NCBI RefSeq assembly: GCF_004010195.1
Contig: NC_057751.1
Coordinates: 6,769,934 to 6,833,933 of the forward strand
From: Chiloscyllium plagiosum
Taxonomy: Eukaryota
DNA: 64,000 nucleotides
Direction: 5' to 3'
Shown here: positions 24,106-36,960 of the stretch, one piece after another
Layout of the letters: the number at the start of each line of letters is the position of its first letter
How positions within the stretch are numbered: position 1 is the first letter of the stretch
Made by a program: the position numbers and the translations under genes
The notes under the pieces: generated by a model
Database searches by the model: none
Told to the model about the DNA's origin: nothing
Seen by the model: the letters and a program-made list of their open reading frames with translations, nothing else

Positions 24106-26319
24106 TATAAATATCAGAAATAGAGATTCCATCCTTTTGCCCTCAAAAAAACCTCAGATACTCAGACCTCAGTGATGGTTCACACTGTCTCCACTTTCAA
24201 GTTTCTTATCCATTTGGCGCAGCAGTAATTATTTTATGGTGGTTTCTTCTTCCTGACTTAAATTTTCTTCAGATCTGTCTTCAGAGCCAACACGTGGGTT
24301 TTGCATACCTTCAAGCTTTGAGCAGCCTTCTGCTCTGAAATTGTTTTGTCAAAGTCATTCAAAACTTTTTCCCAGACCTCATTTTGGAGACCGCTGAAGA
24401 ATCAAAATGCCTTTGCTGTGCATTGCCTGACCTTCTAGGTTGTTTTGTCTTTGAGATTTGGATTTCTGTTCCTATGCAACAAGTTTATTTTGTCTTTCTT
24501 TCCTTTCCTTGATTCTAATGCACTTAACTATTCACCGGAGGGATTTTCATGACTTTATTTAAATGGATAAAACTCAACTACGACAATCCTGCACTACACA
24601 CAGCACTCAAAAATTAAACAAAAATTATGATCTTCCCTTCTAATCACATACAATTTAAAAACATAAATCAGACTTAAAGCTATATGTGAGTCTTTCCACT
24701 TAAAAGCTTGAGCTTCTGAATAAAAATATAGCATAAATTTTCAGAGTGTAATGTGGAGGGTAATGTGCTGTGAGGGTGGGTTACAAAGAGGATAATATGT
24801 CATGATGAAGATGTGTTTGGATACTAGACACTGAGCATAGGATGAGTTTGTCCTTGAAAATGCTTCAAATTGCATTCATCTTTTTAACATCTTTAAGCAG
24901 GATCATTTTCCTCAGCTGAATGCAGTTGTCATTGTGGACTCAGACTGTGGTTGACTGTGTTTGTCTGAGATCTTTTCATTTGGATTAATCAAATTGGTCT
25001 TCTATGTTCACTGCATACTGCAGGGAGGGGCTATCATCAACGTAGTTGGGGTTTCACACCGGCTCAATGCATAACAACAAGCCTTGACCTCACCTTCTCA
25101 AAGCCTGGAATTAATGTTTTGCTGCTGTCCCTCCTGGCGAGAGCAAATTCAGCAACAGATGGATTCCAAGCAAGGGATTTGGCTCGGGTAAATGTTTTCA
25201 TGTTGAGAGTGATAACAATGATACATATGCACTTGACCTTGGCACAGAATTTGCTAGGCTGAAGAGTAAACAGATTATTCATTGATCTTGCAATGGACAA
25301 AGTTAGCAGTGCAAGGGTTAAATGCAAGCAAGTATGCAGGCTTGCATAACTTTGAAGAACAAAGCGTTATTTTTTGTCCGAATGCTGTCCTTTTGTTTGG
25401 ATTATGGATTTAATGCTCAAGCAGATTAGTTTTCCCTTCAGCACACCAAGTGCTTCATCCTTGTTTTCACTGAGTTTGTTAAACTGAATGTTTAATCTGC
25501 ATTCTACACCTGCTGGGTCAGTGGGAACAGCTACCATCTCTCCATCATGAGCCATAAAGTGGGGACAGGCCAGGATAGAAACTGGGCAGAGATCCATCTG
25601 TCAAACGTACATTTTTAGCCTCCTTGCTTGCTAGCTTTTCATTTTGCCAGTGACAAATTGGCCAGTGTCATTGATGCTCTTGATTCTATTCTCTGAAAGA
25701 AAACCCGATTTGTAAACTGTGCTGATTTCTGGGGAAATGCTGCAGATCCCAAGTACTGCTTTCTCATCAACATGTGCAATGGAGGGCTTCACTGAAGTTT
25801 TCAAAATCACAGCGGTGTTTGAATGAAGCAGATAAGGAGAAACTGTTTCCTATGACAAGTCAGTAACCAGTCGGCACATACTGTGTATAGTTGGCAAAGG
25901 AGACAGGATAAAATTTAGTCGTCATATTTTACTATGGAGGATTGTTAAGATCTGGATTGTGAGACTTGAAAGCCTGGTGGAATTAGATTCCATTTGAACT
26001 TGAAAAAAAGTGCTCATTGTACAGATACTTGAACAGATAATTTGCTGTGCTGTGGGGAGGCAGCCGGAGTGTGGTATAATGTCAGGCAGCTCTTTCCAAG
26101 AGCTCGCACGTACACGACAGGCTGAATGGCTTCCAGTGTTGCAGCACTGTACAATCCCAATGATTTGGCTTCAGCAATCATGGTGCAACTCTTGAATCAG
26201 AGTCAAAAGGCAGGTAATCTTGACTGACACAGAGGGAGATCTGCATCGTTCATAAGTATTAATTTTGACATCAAACATCCAGTTGAACCGAAATGAGTGA
26301 TTTTAGTTTCCGTTTTAGT

Positions 26320-27000
26320 TATTCACAAGATGTCGACATTTCTGATGAAGCCAGCATTTATTGTCATTCCCTAATTGCCTTTGAGAACTTAAACTATTGC
26401 AGTGCCGGTGGGAGGTGGTGAAAAAGGTTTATCCTCTAGTACTGTTGAGGAGGGCGATTAACAATTTTATTCCCGTGTTTGTGAAGGGATATTGATCTAC
26501 TTGTACGTCAAGATGGTTTTTGACTTGAAGGGATGGATGGGTGGGGTGGGGGTAATAATGTCAGTTCTGATGCCCCTGTGAACCTTCTGCCATTGTCCTT
26601 CGTGGTGGTCAAGTTTGCTAGTTTGAAAAGGTGCTGTCAAAGGAGCCGTGGTCAGTTGTTGTGGTGCATGTTGTAAATGGTATAACACTGCTGCCATTGT
26701 GCATCGGTGGAGGACAGTTGGAGGTTTTAGACGGGGTGCCCATCAAGCAGACTGCTTTGTCCTGGATAGCATTGAGCTTAAACATTGTTGGAGCTGCTCT
26801 CACCCAGATGCATAGATTGAATTCATTAACACCCCTGCCTTGTTCCTTCTTGATAGTGATCCGACTTTGCAATGCAGAGGTCAGTTGGTGAGTTACTTGA
26901 CACCAAACTCTGAGCTTCTGACATTGCCTTGGAGGTCAGAATATTTGTTTTCAGTTTTTCGTCAGTGGTAACCTTCACTATGTTGACAGTGGGTGATCGA
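26320..27000 (-). mobile_element. CR1-group (L2/Daphne-like) LINE 3' fragment
   Basis: W..AAPT..KLNAIQDKAVCLMG. The 3' tail GCCAGCATTTATTG..CCCTAATTGCC is shared with the SINEs at 28690 and 40283. Related pieces at 31500-32040 (+), 50350-50890 (-), 59080-59380 (+) and 60560-61000 (-). Confidence 0.65.
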
Positions 27001-27288
27001 GTGATTCAAGGGGCATGGTTGAATTCTGTCTTTTGAAAATAATATGGCCTGGAATGTGCACCTGAGCCATCAACGAATGTGATTAATACTTTTTCATGAA
27101 CCCCATTGCACAGCAGCTGAGGTAAATTTTGAGGGGCACCTCCTCTGTCAAACGAAGAGTCATCAAACTGGCTGTCTGAAGTCCACCAGAGTGCTGGCAG
27201 TTCACTTGTTCTGGCATAGTCACATGCTGATGCCACGCACTTCACTCACAGAATAACCACTTTGACAAAGCTGTGGAATACAAACTTA

Positions 27289-27500
27289 CATGATGTGGAG
27301 GTGCCAGTGTTGGACTGGGATGGACAAAGTTAAAAATCACAATGCCAGATTTTATTCCAACAGGTTTACTTGGAAGTGCAACCTTTCGGAGCGCTGCTGC
27401 TTCATCACACAGCTTTTGGGGCAGGATCATAGGACAGGGAATTTATCATAAAAGATCAAAGTGTCACACAACTGATGCGATGTATTGAACAAACCCAGAG
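27289..27500 (-). mobile_element. Second Penelope-like family terminal repeat with degenerate hammerhead
   Basis: Minus strand gTGATGA-A-GCAGC-AGC-GCTCC-GAAAG at ~27383-27407, followed by a distinct tail (...GATTTTTAACTTTGTCCATCCCAGTCCAACAC). Confidence 0.55.
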
Positions 27501-28689
27501 ACGGCAGACCCCAGATCATGACTTCATAAACATTCATACAGAATAAATTGCTGGGTAAATTGAAGTTGCATGCCTATCACTTTTGAATTTTATTGCTGAC
27601 TAATCTTTGGGAGGTCCTACTAGGTAACCTTTGGTCTGATGTCAAAATTCTCAGACTGTGGCACAATCACGGAGGCAAATGGTGTTTCTGTGGGATTACT
27701 AGTGACTGGTGCATACTCAGCATCTGCCCTGGGTTGGCAAGGTTATTGTGCAATTCTGTAATAGCAGTGGCTGAATCAATATAAGTATTCCTGGCTGACC
27801 AGCAGCTCTGGTGAAGTGATAATCACTGTCAATCTGGCAGTAATGTTATTGCACTTTGAAGTAAACATTTTGGAAACATTGCCAAAAGGATTAGATTTTA
27901 GAATGTTTTTTTTTTAATCTATTCAACAGTATGTTGCCCTTGCAGTCTGTGACGGTAAGATGGAAATGATAGCTCCAGGCCACTGTTTCAAAAGCAAAAC
28001 AGCTTCACTTGATCTAGTTAATGGCTACAGACAAAAATGTGACACTTCGGTTGGCTGAGTTTTGAAAGCTTGCAATCTCTTCCCCTGTTCTCTTTCATCA
28101 TATTAGCAGTGACAACAAGTCAGATACAAGTCAGTGTTTGTAGCAGGAGAATGGTGCAGGGAGACTAGCTGTATTAAAAGCAGTACAACATTCAGCCAGA
28201 ACAGGGTGACCTTTGTCCTTCATACACATTAAAGTCTCGTTGGATTTATTGTCCCAAATGATTGCAGCAATCCACACGAAGAATCATTGATGAGAATAAC
28301 TTGGCAATATTAATTATTTGGCACTGAACCAATTGTCAGGCTGAGAGGTTCCAGAGAAGTAGAGGCACCTGGCGATGATTTGCCCAGGTTTGGCCCGAGT
28401 GTACAACCTTCAAATGCTTTTTGAAAAATGAGTCATCAGAATAGTTACAATGTACAGTTTGTCAATTTGAGTATTTTCTCCAGTGGCCAAAGGCATGATC
28501 GAGGTGCACACAAGCTTTGCAGGGGTGGGAAAGTGCAGGGCAGAGTGACAAAAATGACTTGTGTTCATATAATGCCTTTCAGGATCTCTGTCAGGATAAA
28601 ACAAAGCAATTTGCAGCCAATGAAGCATTTCTTTTAAGAAACACCAGCTAACTTGCACACAGCTAATCCCCCAAACAAGATAATGGTCA

Positions 28690-29035
28690 TGACATCGGCG
28701 ATAGTCAACTAATATTATTGTTGGACTATTAACCTCAGGACCCAAGTAACGTTCTGGAGATTTGGGATCGAATCCTGGCATGACAGATGGTAGACTTTGA
28801 ATTTAATAAAAATCTGAAATTCAAGATCTGATGACGACCATAAAACCATTATTGTTGGGCAGTAATAACTCATCTGGTTGACTCATGTCCTTTAGGTGAA
28901 GAAACTGCTATCCTTACCTGGTCTGGCCAACATGTGACTCCAGATCAACAATGTGGTTGACATGTCCTGTTCTCTGGGCAATGAACATTGGCCGAACAAA
29001 CAACACCCAGATCTTGTAAATGAATAAGAAGAAAA
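28690..29035 (+). mobile_element. tRNA-derived SINE (second family)
   Basis: B-box GGATCGAATCC and a core collinear with 40283-40640. Confidence 0.7.
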
Positions 29036-29914
29036 AAGTGTAATGACATGAGCAGGCCATTCAAGTCTCATTTTTTTGTCATCTAATTCCACCATCCTAA
29101 TGGTACTTGCTTCTCATTGGCTTGACTGATACCCTCTCAAATGCATCCTTACGATTCACTTCGACCACTTTCTGTAGTACTGAGTTCCATAGTCTCACCT
29201 TTCTTTGAGTGAAACCTTCTCTGGATTCCTTCTAGCTTCTTGGTGACTTCTAATTATACTATGCCCCACAGGTGGAAACACTCCCTCTGCGTCCATTTTG
29301 TCCAAACCTTCCAGCATTTAATAAAACCTTCTATTTCACTCATCTTACAAAACCCAAAATGTCAGTTCTCATGATCTTGAAATCTTATGAACACTGCTCC
29401 CCAACTTGAAAATCCCTGTGGCGTGACTCTTCAAAGTCCAAATGAGACAGTAGACAAGATCTGTTTAACATCCAGTTTGAAAGATGGCACCGCAAATACT
29501 GCAGGACTCCTTTGATATTGCAGCAGAATGTCAGCTAAGATTTTTATGCTCAGCTCCCGTGGTGAAACTCAGATGTGAGCCCAAGAGTCAAGAACCAGAG
29601 GACATTGATCTAAAGTGATTGGCAAAAGAACCCAAAGCAACCCAAGGGGGAAGAACATTTGGTGACTGTTTAGGATCTGGAAATGTACATGCTGAGATAT
29701 TCTCGTTTGTCTTTTGTGGGATATGGCCATTATTGGTAAAGAAAACCCTTAATGGCCATCCCTGTATGCCTTGCCACTGCTGGGGCGTTTGAGAGGCTAA
29801 TTCAGAGTCAGCTGCATGACTGTGGATCTGGAGTCACATGTAGGCTAAACCAAATAAGAATGGCAGATTCTGTACTAAAAAAAAGGCAAATAGATTTTAC
29901 GATATCAGTATTGA

Positions 29915-30402
29915 TAAAAGATGGAGCTGGAAAGGCACAGCAGGTCGGGCAGCATCAGGGGAGCAGGAGAGTTGACATTGAGTTGGGATCCTTCATTGGG
30001 AGTGGGGAGGGTGAAGGGAGCTGAGAAATAAATTGAGGGAGGGGTGAGGCAGGGGAAAGGTAGGTGATATGGTGATTGGTGGATGTATATATGGAGTTAT
30101 TGTGATTGGCCAGAGGGAAGGCTGGAGCGGATAGGTGAGGAGCAAGTTGGACAGGTTAGGTCCAGTCATAGGGGACAGGGAAGCGAGGGAAGGCTGGACA
30201 TGGGATGATGTTGGGAGTGGGGAGATTTTCAAGCTGGTGAACTCAGTTAAGGCCATTGGGCTGTCAGGTCTTGAGGCGCAATGAGGTTTTGTTCCTCCAG
30301 TTTGCATGTGGCCTTGTTTTGGCAGTGGAGGCAGCCCAGGATGGACATGATGCCAAGAGAGTGGGAGGAGAAGTTGAAATGGCTGGCAACTGGAAGGTGG
30401 TG
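29915..30402 (-). mobile_element. Degraded Penelope-like 3' end
   Basis: Collinear with 23273-23740 (GCTGGAAAGGCACAGCAGGTC...AGTTGAAATGGCTGGCAAC). The hammerhead is decayed. Confidence 0.7.
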
Positions 30403-30461
30403 TTAAGATAGCATGGTAGTTTGCTGGTTACAATTACTGAGACTAGCTTAAGGTTAGATTA

Positions 30462-30615
30462 AATTCCTTACAGTATGGAAACAGGCCCTTTGGCCCAACA
30501 AGTCCACTCTGATGCTCTGAAGAGTAACGCACCCTGACCCATTCTCCTAATTAATATACCTAACTGTGGGCAATTTAGCATGGCCAATTCACCTAACCTG
30601 CATATGTTTGGATTC
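30462..30615 (-). mobile_element. Partial HE1-type SINE
   Basis: Matches 7560-7760. Confidence 0.7.
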
Positions 30616-32104
30616 CTGATGTATTCATTGAACCAATGTACCATTACCTGGAATGCTAATCCAATGACATACCTGCCACCCCTCTCAAGATGACTGAACA
30701 CGTGGGAAGCAAACTTAATTTTGTTTTGAAAAGGATCATCTAATGAGGGAATAATACTGAGCTTTGGTGAAGGGGGTCAAGCATGACTGAGATGGTGGGC
30801 TGAATGGCCTCATTCTGTGTTGTAACCGTTGAGTCTGTGACATCCACTTTCAGATTAAAAAGCAGTTGACCTTGCCCTGCAACAAATAACGTATTTTGCT
30901 GGGAAAGCTCATCCAAATGCCAGAAACAAATACCAAATATGGCAGGGTTGTGCAAAGCCTGCATTGCTGACCACAATCCCAATCCCAGAATGTTTATCTG
31001 CAGGCAGTGTTTGGAAGGAAAAGGAGAAAATTTCAACAATGTAAACAAAGTACAAAGTGTTCATTTCACATTGTCAAAGTCTCCTGCAGGCACAAGCAGC
31101 AGACTTGATGAGCCATATCTGATGAATTTCAACAGTTCTCAGATAGCCCTTTGGAAAAGGGCAATCAATCTACTTGAGCACCAGCTCACCATACTGTTCT
31201 CTCATTGTGTTGTATTGTTCAACTTCGGTTAGCTACACCGTGGGATGCCACAGCAAGATGAAATTCTTCCACTGCTTGGGTTCTCTTGCCTGAATATGAC
31301 TAGTATTAATACTGAGGAACTATGCACACATGAACAAGACCTGAACTTAGCTACACTGACATTCTTTTTTCTCTCACGCTGTCTCCAGTTTGGGGTACAT
31401 CTTAAACAGTATCATTTAAAATGACCATGATGTTCTCATGGAGAGCAAGTTCCACTCAAACGTTTCAGCATTCCCTCCATTATGTTTTGACATTGTCAAC
31501 TTAAAGAACGGGACACATTTCAAAAACATCTAGCACCTTAAGACCAGGCATTCATGAGATGCAATGATTCATCGGCAGAAGAATTGTATTCAACCACAAT
31601 CTGTAATCTCAATGCCCAGTCTATTACCACCAATAAGGCAGGGATTGAGCGCATGCTCGGCTCAGTGTCAGGAATTACCCAAAAATGGAGGGGTCAATCT
31701 GGTGAAGCTACAACACAGGACTACTTGCATGCAAATCAGCGTAAGGTATGTGATCCCACAACCAATAAACAATCTCAGCTCTGCAGTGCTGTCACATCCA
31801 GTTGTGAACAGAGGTGAATCGTGACAATTCAGTGCATCAGGCAGCTGCGTAAACACCTCTGTAGTTATTGATGGGGGAGCCCACCACATTAGGACAAAGA
31901 CAAGGCTGAAGCATTTACAAGCATCTTCAGCCAGAAGTGCTGAATGGACAATCTATCTTGGATTTCTCCTGAGCTCCTAAGCCTCACTGATCAAAGTCTT
32001 GAGCCACTTCACAATTCACTCCACATGATATCAAGAAACAGTATATAAATTTTCCTTTTCAGTTACAAAATGTAAAAGGATATTAGACACTTGTGGTTTG
32101 CAAC

Positions 32105-33480
32105 TTCAAAGTCAACTGTGAGGTGCTGCATTTTGGAAAAACAATTCAGAGCAGGACTTATACAATTAATGATGAGGTCCTGGGAAGTGGTGCTGAACGC
32201 AGAGACCTTGGAGTGCAGGTTCATAGTTCCTTGAAAGTGGGGTCGCAGCTCGATAGGATAGTGAAGGCGACATTTGGTATGCTTTCCTTTATTGGTCAGA
32301 ATGTTGAGTACAGGAGTTGAGAGGTCATGTAGCAGTCATTGGTTAGCCAACGTTTGGAATATTGTGTGCAATTCTGGTCTCCCTTTCATCGGAAGGATGT
32401 TGTGAAACTTGAAAGGGCTCAGAAACGATTTACAAGGATGTTGCCAGGGTTGGAGGGTTTAACCTGTTGGGAGAAGCTGAATAGACTGGGGCTGTCTTCC
32501 CTGGAGCGTTGGAGGCTGAGGGGTGACCTTATTGAGGTTTATAAAATCATGAGGGGCATGGGTAGGATAAAGACAAGTCTCTTCCTTGGTTTGGGAGAGT
32601 CCAGAACTAGAGAGCATAGGTTTAGGTTGAGGGGGGAACAATTTCAAAGGGACCTAAGGAGCAACATTTTCACAGAGGGTGGTGTGTGTATGGAATGAGC
32701 TGCCAAAGGAAGTGGTGCAATTACAACATTTAAAGGCATCTGGATGCATACAGAGAAACCTTGATTATTTCAATGAGATGAGCAGGCACTATTTCATTCT
32801 AATAATTGATTATTCGGACAATCAATTTTAGCTTGAAAAGGAGAAGCTATACTGGTCTAATGCTCTGCTCTACAGGAGAATTTGTTTAATTCTGTAATTT
32901 TAACACGTCTGTCATTTAAACAAAATGATCTTTGCAGTCTGCAAATTACAGTTTAACATGAGAAGAACTAAACCTCATTAAACATGGTCCTGAATAGCTT
33001 CTACGATCACAAGACAATTTCCAGTATCAGTTTCTGGGAACTCAGTCTTGTGTCGAAAAAGATGGAAGTCCCACCTCACGCATGCATTTACATTCTCTGC
33101 TTTTTTTAAAAAAAAAAATGAATGGCCCGGTAAAGTGCCAGGAATACTGTACCTATATGGTAGAACGCTTACTTTTGCAAAGAGCTGTGTAACAACTCTC
33201 ACCTAAAAACTTTCCAGTCGCTGATGCTTGAGCTGCTTGTGTTTCTTTGTTTGTGCCAGAGTTTTCACATCATCTTCAGTACAGGCAACTCAAATACAGT
33301 ACACTTACCTCTGATGTGGGACCGTAAAATCTTCTCCAGATAATCAAGATTCCTCTGTATATGAATAGGAAGGTTTAGAGGAATATGAGCCAAGTGCTGG
33401 TAAATGGGACTGGATTAATTTCTGATATCTGGTCTGAAGGGTCTGTTTTCATTCTGTATATCCCTATGACACTGACTCTT
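32105..33480 (+). mobile_element. CR1 LINE 3' fragment interrupted by a MITE
   Basis: ORFs 32093-32320 and 32339-32698 are CR1 ORF2 pieces. The UTR resumes at 33358 (TATATGAATAGGAAGG). Confidence 0.9.
32751..33357. mobile_element. Tc1/mariner (Tigger/pogo-like) non-autonomous DNA transposon, 607 bp
   Basis: TIRs CAGAGAAACCTTGATTAT and (rc) CAGAGGAATCTTGATTAT (16/18 identical), TA on both sides (32749-50, 33358-59), splits a CR1 cleanly. Confidence 0.85.
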
Positions 33481-35999
33481 AAGTGGGATTGTGCAAAATG
33501 TACACAACATATTGCTTTTCAGAGGTGGCAACTTTGATTTAAGGAAAACCTGACCAATAACAGGCTTATAATTGATCATGTTGGAGTTTGATCACAGACC
33601 AATGAGTGTATTGCAGTCATTAGGCATAGAAACTTGCAAACAAAAGAAATCTCTCCTCATCTCACATTGAAAAAGTTATTAAAAAATTAGACTGTTGAAA
33701 AGAAATCCAATTACGGACCATTCCAAGAATTCTAGTATGGCACACGACCCAAGTCCATCTACTCAGCTGTCAAACGAAAGATTGACCATCACTCTGCAGA
33801 TTATGTCCTGTCATCATTGTTCACAATCAAAAGAGCTGAGAGGAATAATTCACAGGGGAAAACTTGGATTTTGCATAGTAGTACATCAGTAATCTATTTT
33901 CGTCATTTAAGGACTCAGTATGTTTAGAAATGCAGAGAGTTTTCCTGTTGGTGATGAAACCTGCTGTGAGTGACTTTATTCCCAAATAACAGCCCATCTG
34001 GAAAATCTATCACGCTTATGGTTTGCTTAGATCATTCCACTTTTTGATGGTTTGTCAGAGTGGCGCTTAGTTATTAGTGCCTGCATGACCCACCCATAAG
34101 CTTGGACATTTCCTCCCTCCATCACCAAGAATGAGTGACAGTATCATCTACAAGATGCACTGCTACAAATCACAAATGTTCTTTAGACAGCTCTTAATGT
34201 AGAAAATAGTGGAAAAGCAAAAAACAAAATCTGTGCCCCAGGTGAATTTTCAGTTGTGCCACCACTTAGCTGATGGATGACTGACTTAACCCTGCTTTTG
34301 CCAGGCCTGCCAAGTTTAAAACGACCAACAAAGGATCATTGTGAGTAAGTCTGACAGAAAGGAAGGAGAAGCAAACAACAGTCAGCAGTTCACTGAGCAC
34401 CAGCATATTTGACAGCCTGTAGTTTGCTTGCCTCTCCAGGGACCTGAAGTTTTATTAGTGTTTGATGCATCAGAAGTTTTTCAAACATCAATAAATATTG
34501 AAATCCCTGGGGGAACAGGCAACATGAAATTCATCAGATTTGTTGCTTCCTGATTATTTTTGACGTGATTAAACTGCAATGTAGAAGCAATTAAGCTAAG
34601 AGAAGTGATTATTGTTAATGGTTACCAGGTGTTTTCAGTTCTAATTGTTTCTGTGTGGCCCAGAAGGAGATTGGTTTTGCTCCTGCTTGAATCTCTTGAT
34701 TGTTCCTTCCATTTCCCACTTTCTGCTTGGGATCCATCTGAAAACATGATTTTATTGTGGTATCAGAGAATCAGAGATTTCTGTAGTTTGTGGAGGGACA
34801 TAAAAGTCAAAGAACTGCATATTTTCAAACCAGGTTCAAGAATTGCCACCCAAATTTGCCAATTCTCAATCTTAACAGCGACATCAGCATTAGCAACATT
34901 TATAGACCAGTCCCTCAAGTCTGATCCACCATTCAGGTAAATTAAGGCGCAACTCAATTTTTCATACCGAGCTCCATTTCTTTTAATGCCTTAACTAAGC
35001 TGTATAATATTCTTCCAACAAAACATATGGCACTCCTAATGCTGAAGCACAGTGACAGTTGTTGCTCATGCCAGCTTTAGAATTTCCTTGTGCAGCCCAT
35101 GAGTCAATTGAAATGGCCAGCAAACTATTTCTGCTCGGTGCTGTTGTTTAAGCAAAGAACGCTGCCAGTACACTGGAGACCTTTTTCTTCCTTTGAATAA
35201 TGTCACAGGTGAACTCCCACCTCATCAGGGTATATGGATAATACAATGGCATCTATACTGAGGTTACATGCTGAGCGCTACGTTGGCACATAGTCTATAT
35301 TCTGTATTAGAGTGTCGTTAAACTGATGGTTCTTCATCCTGCTGTTTACTCAGCTTTGTCTGCAGCTACCTTTTTGAACTCAAAAATGAGTGAACAAAAC
35401 ACATGGAAATTAGGCTGGAAAATGTCAGGCCCTGCTGTGCACACACCAAACCAACACAGCACAACTTATTGCAGTGTTCCCAGCTTCACTGCCTGATCCG
35501 TGTTGACTTTGCCAACATCAACTCAGGTGACCTTCATGGCACTCTGACTGACCTTGCTTCTGAATGCTTGCTCCTAATCACAGTCTGTCATACCCTCTCA
35601 GAACGAAGGATGCTTGTGGGCATTGGAAGCATTCACATTATTTGATCAAGTCTGACATACGTGATCTGTCCAAAACTGCTCTTCAGAAAAGATGTCCTTG
35701 AACTGCTGCACTGTGTAGCAACAATACACAGCCTCTATGATGCGAAGTAAGGATTTTGGCTCAGTGATCATGACTGTCATGTTTTATATAATGCTTGGAT
35801 GAGAATAGAAAAAGCTTCTGTTGATAATAGAACAAGAGTGTATGATGAGACACCACCTTCAGGAGAGGAAGCAGGAAATTAGGGAGTAATATGAAAAGAT
35901 AACTGTATTCTTTCATGTTTGTCATCTTACCTGAATTAGGAGACAAGCACTTTAAAGAACATTGCAGACTTGAGCATATGTTTTAGATTGATACTACGG

Positions 36000-36960
36000 G
36001 GCACAATTTTGATTTCTCCGTTCACTTCCTTTCAACAAAAAGATCACTTCAAAACCACGTGGAGACAGTCTCACTGCAGGATGGCACCACTAAACTGCAT
36101 TACATTGTACTACTGTGACCTAAAAGATACCTTACATCACACCCCAACATCATTCCCTGTGATTGTAGACACTGGTTCATTCAAAGCTGAACTTCCATTG
36201 CATGCCAAAACCCAAGAACTGAACCAGGAGATAACCCAAAGAAATTTGGAGTCAGCAGTCTGCAAAGCTCATCTTGCAGAGTTAAGTATCGAGCAACCTT
36301 TAGCTTGTAGTCATCCATTGTGAAAAGAAAACTTGAGGAGAACCACTGTGGCTTCAGAACAAAGAGACACTACAGAAAATGGTGCCAAAAATAAAAAGGC
36401 CTCAACGTAACATCTGTAGACCTCACTTAGACTTCGGGTGGATGTCCCTGTTTTTCAAGGACTTTCCAGAATCAGTTTCATCAAAATTAACCCAAAGTCT
36501 GTCTGATCAATCTCAACTTGGAGTAGCATCCCTCATCCTTTGCAGACCTCCAATGATATGGACCAGGCACTGGGTTCATTCACCACTTAAATTTAGCATG
36601 ATGTTGCTTTTGGCAACTGTAGACCTTAAAAGGAGGGAATTTATGCACGCGTCCAGACATCGAGGGGTTTACCATCTCAGGTGTCTCAGGCTCACACCAT
36701 GACAGAAAAAAAACGTCTACAGCATTGAGCGCACCCTCCTAGCCCACAATAAAAATCAGTCAAACCAGCAACATTGAACATGTTTTTTGCTGAAGAAATG
36801 GGAAGAGCTGTCCAGAGGGGAAAAATGTTGGAATACTTGGAAATGGACATATTCTGGTCTCTATTTTGAAGTATACAAGACAAGTCTGGACACTGTCTCA
36901 CATGCCAAGTTTACTACTTTCTGAAGTTGACTATCAGCAATGAACTCGGTACAGGTTTCA
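36000..36960 (+). mobile_element. Highly degraded RTE-clade LINE (EN and RT scraps)
   Basis: FKTTWRQ (endonuclease-like, ~36050) and LEENHCGFRTKR (RT QCGFR-like, ~36333). Confidence 0.5.

Noticed and set aside
23981..24809. TTCATCATGA / TCATGATGAA inverted ends as a TIR/LTR element
   Set aside because: Only ~10 bp, no TSD, no second copy in the window.
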